Shown: piece by piece, positions 34,259 to 64,000 of the stretch
How positions within the stretch are numbered: the stretch's first letter is position 1
Layout of the letters: each line of letters starts with the position of its first letter
Assembly (NCBI GenBank): GCA_963693365.1
Contig: CAVNZM010000007.1
Location: 10,785,962 to 10,849,961, forward strand
DNA length: 64,000 nucleotides
Direction of reading: 5' to 3'
Source of the DNA: Amoebidium appalachense
Lineage: Eukaryota; Protista; Ichthyosporea
Translations under genes and position numbers: made by a program
Notes under the pieces: generated by a model
The model's database searches: none
Told to the model about the DNA's origin: nothing
What the model saw: the letters and a program-made list of their open reading frames with translations, nothing else

Positions 34259-34293
<35 letters not shown>

Positions 34294-34460
34294 GGAGAGA
34301 CTGAGGGGGGCAAACGGCAAGGGAGGGAGAAACAGATAAGGAGCCAGAGGCAACTTGAAAGATGAGTATAAACACCGTACGTGCACGTGAATAAAAAAAA
34401 AGAGGAGAAGGCATTGAGGTAGAGAAACTCGGAGAGCGAGAGAGAGGAAAGGAGAGCGGG
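33490..34460. repeat. ~1 kb polypurine (GA/GGA) tract
   Basis: Almost pure G/A on the + strand. Confidence 0.9.
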
Positions 34461-35141
34461 CAAAAAAAGCAGAGTGCTTATTTATGGGCACGCACATGCG
34501 CGGGTGAAAAAGCGAGTTCCTTGAAAAAATGGCGCACTGCGACACCATATTGGTCCCCTGCATTAAGTCAACAGACCGCGCTTATGGCTTTCTTCAGCTT
34601 TTTTGTACGAGGCAAAGCGGGTAAGCAAACCAAGGCCTCCTTGGAGTTGAAGCAAACTCCGCGGAAGGGAAGTCCTCCAAAAACCAACGCCCAACGCAAG
34701 GGAGAAGGGAACGTCGCTCATTGGTTGTTCGGTCAATATTATAGCTTTATATGGTTTTGAAACACAAATGGAGCATTGGGATAGACAGAAGTCACGCAGC
34801 TCACTGTCTGGTTGTAACCAGCCGAAGCCGACAGTTGTGCAAGACCTCTCGGGGAGATCTGTTGTGCGAGGAGTTCGACTCCCGTGTTCGACTGAAGCGT
34901 AAATAGTGCTTGCGTTGTATGATCTGGGTTCCTACCAAGCTTTTAACCCTACCTAGCCGCGCAGACACAGAGCGTGGGCCATACGGCCACCTATGATACA
35001 CAGCGAGACAGCAACCGGAGTATTTGCTAAGCGACGGCACCTGTACTCAAACATTTGGGCGGGGTCAAGCAAAACGCTTGTTTCTCGCGGCGCTTCCCTA
35101 CACACACGGTTTTTTCAAAGCCGGGACAGGGCCTGCTGAAG

Positions 35142-41374
<6,233 letters not shown>

Positions 41375-41806
41375 GACTAGCAACTGCGTGGGGATGGCAT
41401 GTAGGTTGGGTCAGGGAGGGGCGGGTCGTATATCGTCACGTGGATGCACCTGAGAGATGCCCCACTCGACGTGCACATGCACATGCACATGTGCAGCAAA
41501 GATAGTGCGCACAGTCACGCGCACATCACACACACACATACACACAAACCTTTTACACGCGTGCATGCACACACACGCACACACACACACACACACACAG
41601 TGTTGCACACACACACACACAAACACATGTCCATGTACGAATGAAACTCTTTAAGCCTGTAATGTGCATCTATTGCGCTCTAGGGAGAACCATGTAGCCA
41701 TGCCACGTCCTGTGCGCGTGTTCGACATTCAATTAGTGCTTGTGCTCAACAGTAGGAATGTGTACCACCCACTAGGTTGCCTTTTGCATGCGCCTTACGC
41801 GCGGGG

Positions 41807-41843
<37 letters not shown>

Positions 41844-42092
41844 CGCATTTGAGCATTGGGAGCCTTCCATTATCTTTTGACCAGTGTGCACCTTTTGACC
41901 GTGCCGGCACACTATGGTGACACCATAAGAAAGTCCGGTACGACGTCCTACCGTATCTTTTTTATCTGATGAATAGAATATGGACTTATAGCCGATGGAT
42001 AAATGGACATTTTGATGGTGCGGCATTGCTGCTGTGTGATGTGCTCGGGTCGTGGTGAAGTGAAGGCTTTTCTTGCCGTGTGCCGCGTATCA

Positions 42093-42427
42093 TACTATGG
42101 GGTGGATACGGACGTATCCGCCGGTGGCGCCACGACGCAGCATAGCAGCCGTGGCGCTGCCTGTGAGTGGCATAAATTTATATGTATGTATGTATATTTA
42201 TATAATAATCATGTATATAAATGATATATTTGCTCCATATTCATATTTCATAACATATATTCACAAATATCATATAATTTTCATAGTGACTATCGGTCAC
42301 CGCTTCACAACGATTTTGGAATTTGGCGCAGTGGCTCAGATCAGTCAAGACAACAGGAAATTTTGGTCCGTGCTGCATTAATGCACATGTCGCCACCGGC
42401 GGATACGTGCGTTACCACCCCACAGTG
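42093..42427. mobile_element. MITE with ~37-bp imperfect TIRs and AT-rich core; superfamily ambiguous
   Basis: tactatggggtggatacggacgtatccgccggtggcg / cgccaccggcggatacgtgcgttaccaccccacagtg; CA flanks both sides. Confidence 0.7.
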
Positions 42428-43085
42428 CAAGTCTGTTTGGGCAACGGGAGGTGGCAAATAATATATGTGCATGGGTTCGTGCGCGCACGTGCGTGTGTGC
42501 ATGTACATGTGTGGTGTGCTGAAGAGTATGTGTGCAGGGGGATTTTGACTTGTACTATGTGTGCAAGATGTGCATATATAGCTTATGCGCATGTAGCAAC
42601 TACACGTACCCAGCCGTTTTGATTGGCCACCCAGGGCCCACATTGGGCAGGCACACAGTACCGAACCTCGGGTGTTTATTTTTATTTAAATTTGCACGTG
42701 TAACACGGGTATTTTTAGCTACATGTGGCCAGACCTCTCTGGCTCCATTATTGCTACACCATATGTAGCTATGGGGGCATCATACATTCCATAGGGCAGA
42801 CTAAAAACATAAATACATGAAAAACATCTAAATCTGTCGCTCACAGACTGGTGGCTAGGCTATGCGTGCCTTAGTGTACACAGTTTCGTGCTTTAAGAAT
42901 ACATTAAGACACCTTCGGCACCTGTGTGTTTACGTCGCCTCTTTTTTGTGTGGGTGCGTGTGCATGTGTGCACGCACACATGTGTGCGTGTGTGACTGTG
43001 TGCAAAGGGTGCGTGCGTGCGTGCGTGGGTTGAGTTGGGTTGGGTTGGGGGCTGGGTGGGTGGGTGGGTTGGGGGGAGGGAGACA

Positions 43086-43124
<39 letters not shown>

Positions 43125-43398
43125 GCAAGTTGAGCACATGGGGTGGACGCTGCACGTGCATGGGCCCACTGCCCGATTGCCAAACCCAGCAACGGCTTGG
43201 AAACCAACACCAAAAAGGTTTGCTGGAATCACCCCCTGACAGAACCTCCCACAATCTACATCAGCACCTACTGATAATCTACACGCCTGCCACAACTATC
43301 TATATCCAAGTAGCTATACACCACTCCGGCCTTCGATACACAGTCATCTTCCAACATACCGACTTTCATTCCTACGGGCCACACTGAACACGGAAATT

Positions 43399-59994
<16,596 letters not shown>

Positions 59995-60247
59995 AGCCGC
60001 GTCACCCGCAAGGGGCTAAACAGCCCTGCAGGGGGTGGCCTACTGGGGGCACGCTAGAAGGTTGGGGGGGGTGGCTGAAAGAAGGGAGGGTGGAGCAGGC
60101 AAGTACAAGCCACTTGGGCTTCGGAGAGTATATGCCCAACAAGCTTTCCAAAGGCTTCAAGACTATTCAATACGGTCTGTTCGCACAGCCTCGAGTCGAC
60201 TAGTCATCTGTCTCACTCTTGGCTACTGTGTCACTTGGTGTCTTTGC

Positions 60248-60308
60248 TGTGATTGGTGACCTTGTGGCCCATCTGCCTGGTGATTGGTTAGTTACGCACC
60301 CATTGGTA
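60248..60308 (-). promoter_or_regulatory. Cluster of three CCAAT boxes upstream of the kinase gene
   Basis: gtgattggt twice and cattggt, spaced ~20-30 bp apart, 250-310 bp upstream of the putative ATG at 59994. Confidence 0.4.
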
Positions 60309-62324
60309 TGTGCTGGGATGGGCTGCCAGGATTGCGGGCTCAGCTGGGCTCAGCATCACAGGCTCACGGTCTGAGGAGCCTGCTGACTCAGTGCTGAGTC
60401 CTTTTACACTCCAGACGAACACACAACCACCCTCTTCAACTCCAGTCCACTCCGCCCCTTCTCCCCGGGGCCCCCACCTTCCCCCTCCCTCCCTACCTTT
60501 CCGGATTTTTCAAATACACACGGTAGAGCCCAAGCCAGCCCAAGCCATGATGTGAACGTTAGGCTTTTTCGGCATGCAGCCTTGCGCTCCATGGCACGAG
60601 ATGGGATTCATAGACGGATTAGAGAGTGAACAGATAGCTCTAACTTATCTAGTCTGTAAATTGCATTCATTTTGGCCTGGAAAAGTATACCCGGTGATTG
60701 TTTACTGTTGCCAAGCACCGGGTTTATAAATTGCTGCAGCCATCGATATATCGATATCAATTGTTAGTCCACTGGTGACATACCAGACTGAACCGTGATC
60801 AAACATGTAAACCGTAAACATGGGCTTCGTATCGTTGGTCAGCAGGAGGTAAACAATTAATTCTAGCTGTTCCACACTTACTTATTTTCCAGGGGCATAC
60901 ATTCTGCATACAGGTGAAGATTTTAAAGGCGTTTATACCCCCAATAGCATAAAGCTATTGGCGCAGTGTACAACCAAACCTATGTTGTCTTCATCAGACT
61001 AGCTATGGTCAATAATACAAATAAGTGGGTGTTCAACCTGCTACTGGGTAGCCACATCCTTGCAGAAACTAGTTGGCATGGCAATCAGGTGCACGCTCGA
61101 TCAACTCTATGGCTTTAGACACACGGCGCAAGCAAATAATCACCCAAGTGCTAGCCTTCATTGTGTACACAAAAACCCAAGTGCACGTGCACAAGGAATT
61201 GGCATGGAATTTTCACACTTGCACTCAGCCAACCACTAGTGCTTGCACGCACAGCCACGAGAATACACGCATGTGCACACACAGAGAGACACACACAAAG
61301 TGCACACATGCAAAAACAGGCATAGAGGCACAAAGACGCTCATGAATGCAAAGTCATGAGAAGTGATCTGCAGGGAGACTGTTACTCGCATGCAAAAAGC
61401 AAGACCAACAGATCTAGTAATCTAGGCAACAATATTACTAAAGCGCGGTTTAGTTTATTGGACAGTCACAATGAGTCAGTTTACAAATTCCCTGCGAGGA
61501 CGGTGCACATGCGTCTTTATTTCGAGAAATACACCAGGCCAACCGTTTGCCTCGGCCGCACGTGCACGGCAATTGTGCCGGCCGTTCACTCCGGAGAAAA
61601 GGCTATGTATTGCCCCATTTTACGTATGGTCGGCTGACACTGAAAGTGCAGGGGGGATGTGAAGGTGGTCGCATTCGCACGAAATAGAACGAATGCCTGT
61701 CACCTATATACACGTTGCCATATTTTTCATGGTGGCACTGTGCCAGCGGCTGTGAAAACATACATTTGGCCAGGCCAGCCCGTAATGATTGGCCGTTGGG
61801 GAAGTCGACCGGATTTGCTTCGCTCACATAAATTATACAACCAATCGACAGCGCGTATAAATGCCCATATTGGGAACTCCTTCATTGTGATTGGCTTAGA
61901 AAGCAGCACCCTGAGCCAAGTAGTTTTGGTTGGATTTGAAAGAATATTTTGAAAGTTACTGTTTTAGACCCCATCTACATGGATAGTTCTTAAATTTTAA
62001 CTCAAATTTCTCAAATTTTTTACTATTTGATCATAATCCGAAAACGCTGGCATGGTGCTGCCACTCCAGTGGCTGTCACCACTGGTCCCGAGTGGGACAA
62101 ACGTGAGCATTGGCAGCATGCACAAGCTTGACGGTCACGGTGTGCATACGGTGAACGTTTGTTTAGTATACCAAAGAAAGTGTTTAATAGTGACTTATTT
62201 ACTACTTCTTCGCCTTTTATCACTACTACACGCATTTTGAGTCTTGCCCTCTTTCCTCCCTCCACCTTATTCGAACAGACAACTCCGTAGCCCCTACTCA
62301 TTAGACCCACATGCACCTGTCAAG

Positions 62325-63230
62325 ATGCAGATCAACCACTCACTGTTGTTAAGGAATGAAAAACCAAACCGGCAGCCCGAGCCTCCCAAGCCGCTTGTGG
62401 GTGGGCGCAATAGTTCAGGTTTTTGGCTTCGCGCCAGTGTGATTATGCTGCTGTGCGGCCAGAACTCTCTGTACACTCTGCTGCGGCGCTACTCGCAGGG
62501 TATTCTGAAGGAAAGGGCAACCCCGAGCTCTATTCTATGGACGGGCGAGGTGATTAAGCTGCTGTGGTCGGGTGCTATGATCTTCTACGGCACCAAAAGC
62601 ACGGCCGCCCCGCTTGGTGCGTCATGGCGTGGCAAACTGCGGTTTGTTCTGGGCTGCTCGCTGCCTATGGCTGTACCAGCCGTGACCTATCTGGCCATGA
62701 ACCTGCTGAGCTATGTGGCCCTGCAGAGGATAGACGCAGGCCTGTTTACGGTCTATGCACAGTGCAAGCTGCTGACCACGGCACTGTTCAGCGTGCTGCT
62801 GATGGGGAAAGCGCTGCAGCCCAGGAAATGGCGTGCATTGCTGCTGATGGTGCTTGGCACGGTGCTGATCACCAACCAGACTAAACCTATCAGCTGGGCC
62901 ATGCTCACAGACCAACACAGCACGGCCTTTGTCATTGGCACAGCCGCAGTGGTGACCGAGGTGACGCTGAGTGGCTTCATATCCGTCTACTTCGAGCACA
63001 TACTCAAGGCACGTGTGAACATGATGCAGGCCCCTCCGACTGTGTGGGACCGTAATGCACAGCTGGCGCTGTATTCCTTGCTGCTGTACACGCCCATAAC
63101 CTGGTATGAGGCGAGGGGTGGCGGCATATATGAGGGCTGGTCAGAGGTCACGTGGGCTATTGCCTTTTTGGGCTCGGCAGGCGGTGTGCTGGTGGCTTTG
63201 TGTATGAAGTACACCGATGCTATTATTAAG
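62325..63230 (+). CDS. SLC35A-family nucleotide-sugar transporter, first exon (gene continues beyond it)
   Basis: Multi-TM ORF with GEVIKL, AVPAVTYLAMNLLSYVALQRIDAGLFTVYAQCKLLTTALFS, SGFISVYFEHILK, GGVLVALCMKYTDAIIK. Donor GTACGT at 63231. Confidence 0.9.
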
Positions 63231-63261
63231 GTACGTGTGGTTTTTCATTGTGGTCTTGTCT

Positions 63262-63303
<42 letters not shown>

Positions 63304-63945
63304 CGGGAAGGGGGGGAGGTTTGGTTCGCTTGTCTTGCAACGCGGCAGGGTATCGTTGGATCTGCAAGGATGGTCAACAAGTCCTCTTCTGCTATATAGT
63401 AAAGGGTCAATGTTGATTTTTAGGAGCTGTGGCAGTGATAAACTGGTTCTTTCCTTGTCTTCCTTTTTTTTGGGTGGGGAGGGGGGAGCGGGGGAGGGTG
63501 AGGAAGGGGGGGAGGGGGGGGGGGGGGGGGGTTGTGAAGATGGTGGTGTGCAGGAGAGTTGGTGATTGTTTGTGGGTGTGGGTGTGGGTGTGGGTGGGTG
63601 GGTGGGTGGGTGGGTGGGTGTGTGTGTGCGTGTGTGTGTGTGTTTTGGAGGGAGGCATGGGGGGGGGGGGGGGGGGGGGGGGGAGGGGGGGGGATTCTGA
63701 GCAAATGATTTACACTATCTCTAAGACTTGAGTCAAGTTTTGATTTGTCAAATTCCACTTTGGTGCACTGATGTAATATGTCGAGGTGAGGGTGGTTCCT
63801 TTGAGACCATGTGGGCTGTTTGGAGCAGGGAGATGGCGGCGGTGACAACCATTTTCGCTTTGCATTTCGTCTATTTGTCTATTTGCTCTTGTTTCTTCTC
63901 TCTTATTTTGTGGGGGTTTTTTTTTTTCCCTTTTTTTTGTTGTTG

Positions 63946-63990
<45 letters not shown>

Positions 63991-64000
63991 GGGGGAGGGG

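Noticed and set aside
34865-34895. GGAGTTCGACTCCC as a tRNA T-arm / B-box
   Set aside because: No cloverleaf or acceptor stem can be built around it.

Overview
Intron-rich eukaryotic genomic DNA. The beta-arrestin-like and MSK/RSK genes suggest a holozoan, possibly a unicellular one (inference). The window is full of (CA)/(GT), (GA) and poly-G/poly-C tracts. Seven protein-coding genes can be reconstructed by hand: a coiled-coil + ankyrin-repeat protein (-), ABCF2 (-), an SDS22-like LRR protein (+), an arrestin (-), syntaxin-8 (+), a dual-domain MSK/RSK kinase (-) and an SLC35A nucleotide-sugar transporter (+, runs off the window). Introns and intergenic DNA hold several non-autonomous DNA transposons (Harbinger-, piggyBac-, hAT- and Kolobok-like). 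They also hold about 20 copies of a 5'-truncated repeat family that always ends in poly-C and behaves like a Penelope-like retroelement. The most striking signal is in this family's 3' region: a conserved, covarying RNA structure with all three hammerhead core strands (GUH, GAAA, CUGANGA) in an order that matches none of types I-III. The two half-cores sit at opposite ends of a long rod with palindromic loops, making it a candidate split or dimer-assembled ribozyme. All structure calls are manual and untested.
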